DNA from: Botryllus schlosseri
Lineage: Eukaryota
Length of the DNA: 64,000 nucleotides
Reading direction: 5' to 3'
Assembly: GCA_051294905.1 (NCBI GenBank)
Contig: CM119371.1
Span: 33,792,001-33,856,000, forward strand
Position 1 is the first letter of the stretch, and each line of letters starts with the position of its first letter. Under the pieces are notes generated by a model, which saw nothing but the letters and a program-made list of their open reading frames with translations, ran no database searches and was not told where the DNA came from. Shown piece after piece: positions 35,044 to 50,000 of the stretch. The position numbers and the translations under genes were made by a program.

Positions 35044-38000
35044 CTGGAAGATCCAAAAATAAAGAGTCATATTCTCTTTGCATAGCAAGGTAGAAATATT
35101 TTTCATAGGGACCTTGATTCCCACTTGCATATGCTACGTGAGGTATGTAGATTGTAGGCCTACGTATGGTGCCGTATTCTTGGTAGTTCCATCAGGCATC
35201 TATATAACCGAAATTTGCGCCATTCCCCATTTATGTAACCTGTCGGGATATTGACACCTTCACCTAGTCCTTTTTAATTGGTATATTTCTTGATTCGGTA
35301 ATATGTATTACTTTATAATTCTGTAAATGCTAATACATCAATCTATTAACCCCATCACTTTCATTTTCATTTTCATCCATCCCTTTAAAGCAGATAAACA
35401 ATGAAAGATATATTTTGTCATCGCCTAAAATGAATATTTGCCTCTCACCTCGCCCGTTATTTTAACCCCGTTATCCAGTGTTCTCGGCTTTCGATGTTTC
35501 TTAACAATGACAATATGTAACTTACCACGCGTTTCGTAATAACCAAATTCGGCGTTTTACCTTATCAAAAAACCAACGCTGGTCCGGAGTACCATCAGAA
35601 GCACATTGCCTTAAAATTACGGCGGAGTCACGGGGTTGAAGACAATTGCGGTCGTTCCGGAATTCCCTCCGAATAGTTAGGGAAAATTTCTGAATCAACG
35701 AAATAGCCAGTTTGCGACAATTCCACCACAAAAGCTTTAACAAATTGATATGTTTATTTACACATGCGCTTACCTGTTTCTCATTAATTCCGTGGCATTC
35801 CAAGAGTATCAACGGTTGGTCTATCGCACCAGCGGTGTCCAGACAAAGTGTTGCATTTGCGTCCTCGCTGGCCCACTAGTGGAACGAAAAAAAGTATGAA
35901 ATTCTAACATTAGACGTCGCATTAACTCTGCTTGTTCGTCGAAGGATTTTGCAGGACAGGAACAGCATCTCAGAAAACCTAGATTCGTATAATTACGGGC
36001 ATGAGAAGCGGTGTTAGAATGACTCGAGTCAAACGCAAATCCCTCTCTTGAACTTGACTAGTCGACCGATACTCTATGGTCCATAGTGCAACCCTTAGAA
36101 CAGTGGTTCTCAACCGGGATTCCGCGGACCCCTAGGGGACGCGAAGCAATTTCAGGGTGTCCGCGATACCACTAAATTTTCAAAATGATTGGTATCCTAA
36201 TTTTAATTTTTAATTTTATTTTAAAACACATAAGGCAGGTTCGGACCACAACTGCTAAGACCTCATGACTTACATCATTATACTAATCGTCTGATATGAA
36301 ATACAACATGAAACCCTAACCCTAACCCTAACCCTACTCTGCAAATTCGTTTTAATTGCCGAATTACCAATAACCTGCTAATACAAACATATTGCTGTTC
36401 AGAGACGTTTTGTTGGTGCTTGTGGAAAAAATAAAAATATTGACTTTGTAATGTTTGCAGAACCTTTTCGGTTTGAAGTCGTCAGTCTCATCAAGTTAGT
36501 GAACAGTGGTTTGAAATAAAAAGTTCTGAAGTATTTTCCCTCATTTATCCCAATGAAGAGATTGATACCTCGCCACGAAATCCATTTTATCCCGTGATAT
36601 ATTTACATAACCACTCTCCTAGAATAACTTCAAGATGAGATGCTTGAGAAAAATGACTAGGCTGGACGAGATATGTTCATTAGAAATATGTTTCGTCTTC
36701 TTTGATGCCATAAATGTTGCGATCACATCAAAAGTATCGTCGGAAGCGTTAAGCGTTAGTTAGGGTTACCATATTTTAGAATAGGGAATTGAGGACACTT
36801 ATACCAATTCAGAAAAGTTAGTCGATGAAAACTGAAATCAGCCGATTTCGTTATATTTGATGAAAAAATTGATTGGTTGAATACAAAAAAGTCATTTCTT
36901 TCGTTCTAATACAGATTTACATACTTTTTCTCAACATTTGACTAAAAAAACGTCGTCGCCTGCTATCGGACCACAAATTCCTTATTTGGTGTCAATATGC
37001 CCATCCTCACTCGAATATATCTTTAATCTTAGATGTAAAAGCTGTAAAGGATGATGAATTGCCAAAAATGAGGACATTTAGGCGTCCTCGGAGGACATTT
37101 TCAAAAACTAGAAAAAGAAGGACGTATATGGTAACCCTAGCGTTAATATTGCATTAGCCTCCATATATCTTTATGGAAATAGATTTTCGGCCCCCATCGT
37201 TCATATCATATCGAAGTCGCGGATTTTCAACGCACGACCACGTACTTCAAGAAATACAGCTGGAAATTAAGATTTGAAATGATAGAAGTCTACCTAAGTT
37301 TTATATAAATAGTAAGATGTTATTTTCAATAAAGTCATTCTGTTGCTGTTTATCACAAGCCCGCAGTTCATATTTCCACAAGACAGATGACAGTTGCACC
37401 TCAATGGAGCCAAATTTGAACTAAAGCTTGAGGGTGTCCGCGAAGCCAAAAAGATTGAGAACCACTGCCTTAGAACATGGGTGGCACCATACTATGAAAC
37501 CCTCCGAAAACGGCGCTGGAGGAGAAAAGGTCAAGAACCACTGGTCTAAACCGTTTCGCATGGGTGGCCTGAATTTTCGAAGACGCCACTTTCTTCAACT
37601 TTAGGCTTACCATATTTTGGAAATCAAAAAAGAGGACACTTTTTCAGAAATTTGCAACATGCAAAACCGGAGTGAAATTCTCAAAAACGGTTAATTTTTC
37701 CCACTTTGTGATCGGTTGACTAAAAAAAAAAAAAAAAAGTTCATCACTTCTGCTCAGAGCTCAAAATAACGTTTTTTACTCCACATTGCCAGGTTGATGA
37801 CTAAAAAAAAAAAAAAGGTCTTCACATCTGCACAGAGCTGAAATCACCGTTTTTCACTCCGAAATACCCGCCGGAGCTTCACTTCTGTGCTAATATGCGG
37901 CATTTCACTCGCAATTTGCTATAAATATGCCTCAATTTTCAAAAAAGAGGACAAAATCTCAAAAAAGAGGACAAAAGGGCGTCCTCCGAGGACACTTTCA

Positions 38001-41000
38001 TAAAAGTCAAAAAAGAGGACAAATCCTCTTAAAAGAGGACGTATGGTAAGCCTATTCAACTTTACCAATATATCTGACCACGTATGTGCGATATATGCGC
38101 TACCAAATCCATTCATTCAAAATTTTCGCGAATTAAAATTTTAGTGCTTCTCTTGACTAAAAAATAAATGCATAATGTTTATTCACAACATTGTATTAGC
38201 GATTTTGGTGTGCAGTAAGCCGATACCTGAACCGGCTCGCATGAATCGCATGAAACATCAGACAATTTTTGCGATGCGAGCAACTCAATGTCAAAGTCAG
38301 AACCCATTGTGTTGGCGTACGATACGAATTACTGAATTGATGCGTACTTCCCCCAATAGCACTTGCAATCACAAGTTCCGTATTAATTAAATTGTCTGCT
38401 TGATACCCAACGATACGCACCACTTATCAGTTAACTCATCCACTTTTACGCATACTCGAATGCAGAATGCATCAATGCAGTTCAAAACCCGTTATAATCC
38501 TCTAATAATGGTCTCAATGCGAGCAACTCAATGAGCCCATTATGTTGGTGTCGGCGTATCATATACGTAGGGTTGCATTTAAAACGAAAATAGACTTCAA
38601 ATAAACATGTTTAAAACAAGGCTTGTTTAAAAACATGTTTTTATTGTTTTTTTAGAGTCACGACATCACGAATATTCAATTAAAAACAAAGGATAAATGT
38701 AGCTCCTTTGACGAAAAATCTCAGTACTATAGCTGTTGAACCGACTATTTTATAAGTTCTAACCATCCCATAACGTATACGTCGGCTATGTTGGGTGGTA
38801 ATCGTCCGTGGGCTCATACAATATGTTTTTTGGGAGTATTTACACAAATATTGCATGATTATACAACTTAAATAAACACTAATTTGTTTTTCTAATAAGG
38901 CTTTTGAATAAAAGACTGTTTAAAACATGTTTTAAACAATCATTTGTTTTAAATGCACCCCTAATGATACGAATTACAGAATAGGCGTAGGGGTGCTTCC
39001 TCCAATACCGCTTGCAATCGTCTGTTTCGTATTAATTATTGTCTTCTAGATACACAAGCACTCATAAGTGTTGTGCACCTCATTGGAATTAGTCAAACAT
39101 TGATGCAACACCAGATTCCCAGTGATACCAATCATGAATTAACTTTCTATATTGCAATAAACCTGAATTCTGCTGGACGGACTGGTACCCACCGCAAAAA
39201 TATCGAAGTTCAAAGCACCGCATGAATATTTGATCGCGATATGCGCTCATATTACTCTACCCTTTTCTGAATGGAAATCCATTCTCAGGGTTGTCATGAT
39301 GGTAAATTTGTTCATTTCTTGTCTGCGGATCGGTAGCGTATTTTCAAGGCTTTAGCATGATCAATGTGCACCCGGTACAGTCAGTTAGAAAGTGTTTTTT
39401 TTTTATCAGAGGTGGATGTCTTTTAATTGGTGGTGCACCACTAATAGACATAGGCCTATTATAGATCTTGTATGCTGAAAAGGTTCTAGCGGCCTGATGC
39501 CTGATATTTTATGCCTCAAACTAGGTCGATACTTGAAAGGTTCGAAAGGCTATCATTGAGAAAGTTGTACAGAAAAAGATGCCCAAAATGTGACCACACA
39601 ATTTAGCTATGGAATCAATTTCAGCAGGGCAGAGGTAAGAATTGAATGATCACAGGGCAAGTTTTTGCAACTTTTTTTAACAGCTTGCGGCAGCTTCCTA
39701 AATACTCAGACGTTATGTAGTATGGCGTTTTAAGCTGTTTGGAAGATTCTTATATTGCTACTTTTCTTCATTTTTCAAGCAGCTTTTTGCAGGTTTTCGA
39801 ATTTTCATGCAACCAACTTTTTACTGAAAATATCTTGCACTATATGTAGATACATCGCTTGATTTTTTTCACTGTCGTTTTAATTTGAGGTGCTTTCTGA
39901 TTTGACGCCCATTCAGGCTAGACCGCTAAAAATTATATTACCACTGGGTCAATTTTTTCAGGCTATTGATTTTTTTGAAGTCGCCAACACCGAGTTTTGC
40001 TACAGTGCCCTGGATATGGGTCGATTCAATATCTCATACCTTAATAATTTCAAGGAACTTATCCACAAATGTACGTTTTAGTGCATTTTTAGTGAAAAAT
40101 AAATGCAACTTTTTACTGCAACTTTTACGAAAAATAATTGCAGCTCTCCACGGATTTGACTGCAACCAAAACTTGCCCTAAGATCAGATGTTGCAAAAGA
40201 CAATTTTGACCATTACATTTTTGAAATGGGCTACCAGTTCAATATAAAGATGAGTCCATAAACAACATATTTAGTAAGGCACACTCGTCAGTTGACAACC
40301 GTAGCCTACATTTCATTAGCTACGGTAAGTTTGGGATTACTCATTTATATGTTATGTTGTAATTGGTAGCATCAGTATCTCCTAATTACTGTAGTCAAGT
40401 ATCTGCTACAATGGCGCGAGTACATGCTAAATGTAAGTCAGGATCTCAGAGAAGAAAGTTTGTTTAGATTCAGAAAGAAATTGACAATGCAAATTTTGGA
40501 CTGCTGCACAAATATTTCAAGCCATCAATGTCAGCTCAGGAATATTCTGCACATATTGAGGATGATGCTGTTTTCCCACCAATGATATTGCCTTATTGAG
40601 TTGAATAATGTAACAGTGCTGTCAAATACGTACATGATATTTGGTTGTAGTGGACTTTTTTCTATGCTATTTGTGGCTTTTTAGGTTTAATCTAACCAGG
40701 CAATTTCTTACATATCGTGGAACTACCTCTTCACAGGTGATACCAGTACTGGTGTGTTCCTTTGGTATTTCTGGTGTTGTACCACATTGCCGCACATTTT
40801 GCTTTTATGCCAAATCATGCAACAAAATCTTCATTGTAGAAAAAAAAGATATGCCTAATCCAGCACCTGGCTGAAACCTTGACGTGGTGTGCTGGCTTAT
40901 TACTAATGTCAGCCGACAGTTTTCTGGATTTATGTGGTCTATTTGGCTTGCAGTTGTCTTGGTATAGGCTACTATTATGTCATGCTACATCCCCTAATTC

Positions 41001-44000
41001 TTCTAAATAGGTGAGTCTCGACACGCGCTAAATGTCACTTGATTCACTTGTTTTCAAATATGACAAGTTGTTTATTGTACTTTGGCATGGCAATATAATT
41101 ATTTTATATGCTGAAAGTTGGATCTTTCTAAAGGAGCACTGAACAGTCACATCATGATGTACACATGTAATACCGAAACAGTCTATACCAGGTGTACAAC
41201 AATTAAAGTTTCGTTCTCCGTTAATAGCGGGGGTCTGGGGGTCGAAGCGCCCCAGAAGTTGTAATTATATAGATAAGGAGGTCATGTAAGTTTCGCCTAT
41301 CCCCCCCCCCCCGCCCAACCGCAGGGCAACCACTGATCATGATCTTCAGTTAATACTAATTTGCTCATTTCAGAACATCGCAAGTCTGCGATACAATAAA
41401 AAGACAAGAAGGTATCGAAACGACAATGTCAGGAAACTTCGCACATAGTCGCATAGAATGAAGGATCGGCACCTGCATGTCGGGTGCTGGAATTCAAATT
41501 TCAAGAATTGCTTACTCGTCATCACAAAACTGTGACGTACAAGTGGGTGTAGGCTAGTCTAAAAACATAACAGCTTGAGTATTGCAATCAGGTAAAGCCA
41601 ACCTTGAGTACTCCGTGAAGTAGGCTATATGTATTTCGTTATAGCGATTACATCTGGTCAAGACTAAGAGGATAATTGGAAAGTCAAGATGCCTCACCTC
41701 TCCGTAAAAAAGTTTCGCGTCATTTGCGTATCCGTAAAGTTCCGGGTGAACGTTGTCCAGGTACCAGTCGAAAGGTTTGCAATGAAGTCTTTCCCGCAGC
41801 TTGATTCGATCAGAGAAGTTTCCGGCATCGAGCTGAGAAGCAAAATGCAGAGATTAGATTGATGAAGTAATTAGCCCAATGGATTTGTTTGATTATTTTC
41901 TGGGGTCGCGGAGACGAAAACTAAATACCAATGACAATTACAAGAAAGTCAATTACCCGATGCTATGGGCAGCTAATTTCCGAAAATTTTAGTTGATTCT
42001 CTAATATAAAAAAAAAACCTTTGAAGAATGCGAACACGGTCAACAAGGTATCAGATTAGTCAAGGCGTGATTTCGAAATGCCACCTATTACAACATAAGA
42101 TAGGTGTCTGGCAACTATCAAGATTGAAGCGCCTTATCGCAATCAATAAAACGGAAATTACCCCTTCCAAGAAACTACCAGTGAGCCAGTAGTGCTGTAT
42201 GTTAACAGTATACATCAGGGGTCGGCAACCTGCGGCACGCTTGCCATTTATGGCAAAAGATATGATTTTTCGTGGCAGCCCCAATGATTTGACGTGTATG
42301 ATATACTTTAGTCACGTTTGTTGCAACTTGCAAAACATGTAACATAAGTTTTCCAAATGAAAAAAGCTCGTAGACGACCAAAAATTACTTCGTAAATCAA
42401 CATGAAACATAATCTTTTGTGGCAGATTTTATTTTTCTTGAAATAATTTTCCGCGCATTGCGCAATTTTCCGTGACCTGATTTCTCATTTTAATGTGGGA
42501 AACCCAGAAATGTATACACGGCAACCTATAATAACCGTTTGAATGCTTTAGTCTAGTTATGTGCATTGTGCATTGCAGCCTGTGGGAGCGTGACTATTTT
42601 ATCATCCAGCATTTCGGCGCTGGGCATTTCACGCTAGAGGCTAGACGACACACATTTCGTGCAACATGCAACTCTGTGCGCTGCCTAAATGGCTGACGGC
42701 GATAAAACCTTAGGTATATTAACCGCCGCATTTTGGCCAGAATGTGCGATATTTGGTAAGACCACAGTCCAGGCGCTGAAATGACCGGTGCCAAATAGTC
42801 CAACGCCCGCAGCCTGAGCCCAACTAAGTACCCTTCAACCTTTTTCGTCGTGGTACACCCTTAAAACGTTTACTCGAAACTCGTACACCCCTGACCACAT
42901 AACACGTTGATTCTGTGGTAAGCCCAATACAGGGGTGTTCAACCTTTTCGCTATTCATAGCCGAATTTCGATTGCAAATATAGCATACATACAACTGCAT
43001 TCCGGCGGAGAATCGTCATTGCGCATCTCGACGCATATACTCACGATAAATTGTGTATTGGAAAATTGGCACCGCGGATAGCCCTTGTGGGGTTCTGTGA
43101 CGTCACTGATTCCTTGAGATATGCCTTGCGTATAAAAGTTTTTAGATGTGCCGGAAGCTTACTATATCTATGCACCAAAATCGTGAGTATAAAAGCTAGG
43201 AAATGTTGTCTGGACTCCTTTTCTATACCTGGAAAAATAATTTCGTCGATACTTTTGGTTGTTTCGTATATTACTGTCAAATATTTATCAATTGTTAGCC
43301 CACGTGATCAGATTAACCGATCGGGCTGATGGAAGGATGTGCGAGATAGTGTAATGGTGATGCTTCCGGCTCGTTGATCGGTAGGTCGTGGGTTCGATTC
43401 CCGGCCGGGCCAGACCGAAAACTCGAAAACTGATATCCGCCGAGCACTCATTATCCACGGATAGAATAGAGGAGAATAAACGGGGTTGCGGACTAGGTGA
43501 CTAGGTCGTGTGGCATCTTCGTCGTTTAAGCATCTCGATGGTGCAGGCGAAGACCAATACCCCCATCCCTCTCTCTCTCGCTCTCTCCCTCGCTCTTCGA
43601 ATGTTTTGGGTACAAAGTTAATGATGTTTCATCTTCCGATTTGTATAAATGATTTTGTTCCATGTTGTTATTATTTGACCTCCCATCCGGATTGTAGACA
43701 TAGTCGAACCATATATTGGAAAAACCTTCATTCTTAAGACGCACACGATGCGGAATTGATATTTCTTTATGATGTGCATCATTCTGTTCTGCGTATCGCA
43801 TTTGTAAGGTGGGTCTCAGATTACACTATTGTATTAAAGCGAAGAATCCAACTCACCTGAATCGGGTCAAGCGTAAATAAAATTTTCAAGTTTATAATCT
43901 CTCAAAGATTGGAGCAAGGGAACCAATTCGATAATTCAAATTGCATATTGACGCTACAAACAACACACGCTAATTTATAACGTGTTGAGGACCACATAAT

Positions 44001-47000
44001 TATTGTTTATTGGCTGCATGCAACGTCTGCAGGTTGGCCACCGCTGGCCTGTTAAAATAATGGTGAACGTATTTGTAATGCCTAATACTAATCAGGGCTC
44101 GAGATTTCCGGACCATCATGTAGCACAATCAGAGGTGGTCAAAGTAGTCAAGAAAGCTACTCAAGTACAAGTAGCGATTGGAAAATCTACTCAAGTACGA
44201 GTAGAAGTAGTACTTTCATAAGCAAGCTAAAACTTCTTGAAGTAGAAGTAGAATTGACTGACTTCAAATCTACTCAAGTAAGTAAGTAGTTGTGAAAACG
44301 ATCGTAATTCGTTGACATTGATTGTCAAAAGCTGTAAATTGAGCTATGCGAAAAGTGCAGAGCTTGACTCATATTGATGCAAAGCAGGAGGTATCCAATT
44401 TTTAACAGCATAACCGTTCGTCTGCATGATGGGATTAAAATGATAGTACTGATATGGAAATGCGATACTGATCCTCTGTTTAACTAGAACAGCACGTTTC
44501 AGAAAATATCATGGTATGGCACCCTCCCCCATATTATAGTTTAGTCGAAGAGCAATAAGGAGAAGTTGTCTCGCATATGGTGTAAACACTTTGCGCGAAT
44601 AGTAAACGTTAATAAAAATATGGCGGATCGTAAAAATGCCATATTGTGTAGCTTTATTTTTGGTAATTAAAGGCATTACTACATTTCCTTTTTTACGTAA
44701 ACATGTATGCTCTCCAGACAAAGGAACTGATACTAATTAGAACTCGCAGTATGATACTGTTAATTGGAAGTGAAATATAAATCCTATTTCTAAAAGCGGA
44801 AAATGTATTGCATGTCTTTAGTCCAGATTAGGACACGTCATAGACTGCTAGACTACGATATGATAAGATAATGCTAGATTGCGAAACAACGGTTACAAAC
44901 GTTATGATGGGTCATATATACTGTGATTAAATATTTCATATGGGCGACAATGCAGTGTGAATGAACCTGCTACCTAAATTATATTCACCGATACTTTCGT
45001 GAAATCATATTAGTCACTCTAAATCCACTGTGCGCGAAGCGCGACGAATATTCTGGGCTTTACTCAACTTTTCTGAAAATTATATGTTGATATTCCGTGA
45101 AGACAGCCCCCGAAATTCCTCAGGCTATCTTCCTGATTAGAGGATTAAACTACTTCTACTTGACAAACTGAAAATAGCGAAAAGTAAGTAAGTAGATCAC
45201 AAAATATTATGAAATAGAAGTAGCAAAAATTATTTCTACTTGAGGAAGTACTAGAAGTAGAGGAAAAAGACTTGAGTACTTCAAAAAAAGTAGAAGTACT
45301 TCGTTACTGACCACCTCTGAGCACAATGGTTCTCAAACTCAACGCCGCCGAGATACCCTGCCAACTCCCCTTCAATTATGTACACTGCGTTATTCATGAC
45401 CATCTCCCAGTAAGTACTAATTCAATATTTCTGAGCTCTCGCGATGGTTTACTCGAGAATTATTATAAACAGATATCGCAAGCAGAACATATGTCAACTC
45501 CATCCTGAGCTACTCCAATCCTAATCCGACTGGAAATTCAGAAAAAATGGTAATTTATGCAAGGTAGGGATTTGAAATTTTTCTTTCACAGCCAACGATT
45601 CCCTCGATTCAAGATAACTTAGTAACCATAATTACATTAATAGCTGATCTGAATAAAGTTTGTCACCATTCGCCAAACGACATATCAATCTCGCAGAAAA
45701 TCGGTAAATCCAATCCAAATCCCAATCCGTTCAGAAAAAAATCTCTAATCCAAATCCAATCCAAATCCGACAAAATTTTACAAAACCTGTTTTTTTCAAA
45801 GCCTAATCCTAATCCATGCTCATCTCTGCTAAAGTGACGCATGCGTAAGTGTCCCATGCTCAACTGTCGTTTTTCATTGTGTCACATGCTCATATGTCGG
45901 ACAACCGGTTAAGGTACCGTACAATTGGGGTTAGGGTATTGCATAGCATTAGGTTTTGGATCCAGATAGGGTTAGGCTACGGTTAGGGTATATTGAACTT
46001 AGTCCCAAGGGTAATAAATGCTCGTACGATACCGTAACCAGGAATCAATGATAACATGGGGAACGCTGGTTTGCGATGGTGATGTTGTGGATAAGAAAGT
46101 ATACACTAGACCCCAGCTGGGCTCTCTTGACCCCCTTTGGTCATGGTGTCTAATAAATTGAGTGTGGACTATATGATATCATACTACCAAACTAGATTGT
46201 TTGACCAAAACATATCATAAAGTGCCCCGACTGATATTTAAAAGTATGCAAAATGTTTTGTTAATTTTAGTTAAAATCGATGACGACATAACGGTATTCA
46301 CTATTCAGAAGGAAATGACAGGTGTGTTGAATGATTGAAATATCGATATGGCGGCAGCAAAACAACACTATCAGCAAAAAAGTAATGCGACGACTGTTCG
46401 ACACTGGCAATCATAACTATGCGACTTATTTCTAATTATATTGAAAAAATAATTTGCATTCCTCGATGATATGCCACCAGCCAAAACTATAATACATGAC
46501 CAATTTTCAGGGTTGTAATGACTCGAGTCACGACTATCTGGTGACTCGACTTTACTCGAATCATTTTCTCAAAATTCGGAAATGACTCGACTCGACTTGA
46601 GTCAATCTGTGTATTGACTCGACTTGGACTCGAGTCATTGCCCATGACTCGGACCAAGTCATATGACTTGAGACTTAGATTGTCAGGGCCGACATTACAT
46701 TCGAATTTCGAAGAATAGTAAAGTAACCACAGTATTTGGATTTCATGTATTTATACTGGTACTTGAAAATGCGACCAGAAACTGCTAAAAGTTAGAAACA
46801 TTATAAATGTGAACCATTCGATATCACAGAACAGAGTCACAAAAAAACGGATTTAACAAGACTACCGCTCTTAATGCCGATGAAAAGAGTCTGGTTTTAT
46901 TAAAGTAGAACAAAAAACTACGTCGAGGACCATCATCGACTGGCCTGGGTTCTAGATCCCGGATTTAGAGGTCTTGGCTTGAACATGACTGGCAAAAGGC

Positions 47001-50000
47001 TTGTTCGGGATCTGGTCAAAAAATAATTTCAAAAACATACCCAAACTTCAATGACGAGTCTGCTAGTAACCTCATCAAATACTGGTTCGACTATATGATC
47101 GTAAAGAGGGTGTGACTACGTTTACCTGGGTGCACCTAACATTACGTGTCTCTGATGTTACCCTGATATTTTTTTAGGAATTTTTGATGCAGAGTCCAGT
47201 ATCTGGGTGCCGTATCTAACATCACAGCCGGCCATATTCTGGATGGATATAGCTGTTGTTTCTCCAGAACTTCCGAAACTCGACAGGACTGTTCATTCAT
47301 GCGTTTTACATGCATCGTCCTGTGAGAGACTTTGTTCATATGCGGCAATAACTACGGCCAAGAGGCGTAATCGCGTAACACACACAATCTAGAGGTGACG
47401 CTGCGAGTAAAAGATCACTTCATGGATATTGACTGACTCTGGTACTGGCAAATCAGATACGGCGATGAGAAAGATCAACGCTGTGCTTTCAGAGACCTCT
47501 CCAAACATCAACAGCTATGCTCGCGATGAAGAAGCTACTGTTACGATTGCTTTTGATTTACCGCAACAAGTCGGCTTGGCATTCGAATAGATACCAGACG
47601 ATTCTAGCCACAAACATCTCCTTTCGGAGTAGATCATTTTCCAGTATGCGGATGAAGATACAGAGCCTCGAATTATTCAGTTGATGAGATTTAGGCCAGC
47701 ACCTTGATTGGTATGATTTTCAATCGTCCTACGTTCATTGTTGTGGTTGTTTCAGTTGTTGGTATTAGTAATAAAAAAAGTAATAGAAACCAGCAATTTT
47801 ATTATTGGATCGATATAATCGATTCGAATCAGAGGCAAATTGTTTTTTTTAACGGTACCCTATTTCGCGACGAATACTGTGAGAATCATTGGCGTAACCG
47901 ATTGCAGCTGCAGATAAGTGGCTGGTGCTTGCTTTCAACACTAGAGAAATACAAATTTTGGCACGCCAGTTGGTAATATTGGACGTTTTTTGAGATTTTG
48001 GCGCACTACACACCAAAAGTTGCCAAGACCTGGCATACAAATACATAGGCCTACAATACAAACACACACGCTCGGCACGGCCGAATATCGTTGTTATCGT
48101 TATCTGTAATTCGCGTGAAGAAGGATTTCACGCAGCATTGCTTTATTAATTCCATTGTATAAGGATAGGAATATTTTCAAGAGCAATACGCTGCTTGGTT
48201 TACGAGTGCTATTCATTAAAGCCGGCAGCAGGTGCATGTCATTATTTCAACGTTGAAAATATGTCGCTAGGTGATCGCTAGGTATTCGTCTGGATTCTCA
48301 ACAATGTTGGAAATAAAGAACAAAGGCAGGGATCAATTATCAGTAGAGCCAGATCTAAGGTGTGCTCTGGTAACAACAGCACCGCACCACGCATAGACAT
48401 TAGACAAGCTGATCGCCAAGATGTGACACCACCCATCTGCTTGAATTGTATAAATGAGTATTTGTTGCCACCGAGTGGTAGCATAATTTCGATTACTGTG
48501 CATATAGTCGTCTGCTACCCACATATAGGACGCAAGTAGGTTTGGGCGACGGTACTGACCATCATCAAATTTAGAGGTGGGGTAGTGGAGCATTTGCAAA
48601 TCGAAATATGGGGTCGCGACCATAAAAAGGTTCCGAACCTGCAGTCTAGATAATGTCATGTAATGTAATATTGTAAACTTTAGACTAGACAAGAATCGCT
48701 TACATGACAGAGGTGCTTTAAGTAGTCAGCGTGGTCGCTCATGTATCACTAGAAGTAAAGTCGCAAATTTCTGCTGAACTATAAGCAGAAGTAGCCATTA
48801 CCAGGACATGATAAATGTACTTTAAAGAGAAACAGAAAAAAAGTCTGAAAAGAACTTAGGTAAGAAGTTAGTCAGAAATTAGATTTGGTGAAGGGCCGCA
48901 TACTGTTGGCAGTTAATTGGGAGTGGATACTTTCAAAATTGGGAGATTCGTCGTCGAGACTAACGCATCACTTTCTAGATTTCACAATGAAAACTGTAAA
49001 AATCAAATAGTTTTGCCTGAAACCTGCTCAAGTCGAAGTTGAAGTAGTCTAAAGCATAATTATTTAAGTAAGAATCTACTTGGATACTCCGAAAAAGTAG
49101 AAGTACTTCGTTACTGACCACTTCCGCCTGTATATCTGACTGGCACCGCCAGACATCACTATATGTAGCCTAAGAATCGTAATTATGAGGCGGACATAAA
49201 GCCGCCGAGGTAAGCACCTTACGCGCGCTTGGCACTTTATCATAAAATACTTTCTTGTAGTCATCCATCCAGACTTCCGCTACCCGAACGCTGTTGCGGT
49301 TCCAGTTATTCATTCGATATTGAAAGCCGTGTCGGTGCATGTGACCGACGTGAGAACAGGGATGAATCTCCATCGACCCATTGCACAGCCATATCTGCAA
49401 ATAGGTACATTGAAACAGCGATAGTCCGTGAATGACGAATGCTGCACATTTTTGTACATAGAATTACACAATTTGAACATTTATCGGAGAGATGAGAGGA
49501 GAGATTAGACGCCAGTCAAGTCTCGTCTTTGATAGCGTAAATAGTTATAAACAGCTCAGAACTCATAATTGAATGCTATTGGGTCACTGATTCCGAAAAT
49601 TCAAATATTAATAATGTCAGGCCACTAGCACCGCGAAAAGCTCAAAGGATAGTGAAATTAGGCGTTGCTACCTACAATGACAGGACAATGAAAGAATACA
49701 AGGTGAGGTACACATTAATAATGGCGGACCGATGTATCGGTTTGCAGATAATATCGATTCGATATCACACTTCAATACAATATCGGTATCGGCCATTAGA
49801 GTAAAAACATTGGCAATTTTGTGACGTCACAACATGGTAGTAAGGAGTCGAAACTATAATAATCTGCGGCTTTCACACTGGGAATATTGATGGATTTATT
49901 ATAGCTAACAGATGTCCAGATGCAGCCTTTCTAGCAGGGCTTTTGAGCTGGCACAAATTTTCATCTGCTCCAGCTCGGGCGAGAGCTATCGTCCGTCCCC

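Noticed and set aside
35522..35560. Stronger-looking downstream GTAAG donor for GALNT exon 10
   Set aside because: It would be phase 2 and shift the frame of the last lectin exon; the phase-0 donor at 35560 fits.
36314..36335. (CCCTAA)n telomere-type repeat
   Set aside because: Only ~3.5 units, inside a transposon; not a chromosome end or a convincing fusion relic.
46900..47700. Possible non-LTR RT or transposase relic (YVYLG-like word)
   Set aside because: Too degenerate to translate coherently by eye; needs a translated search against a repeat protein library.
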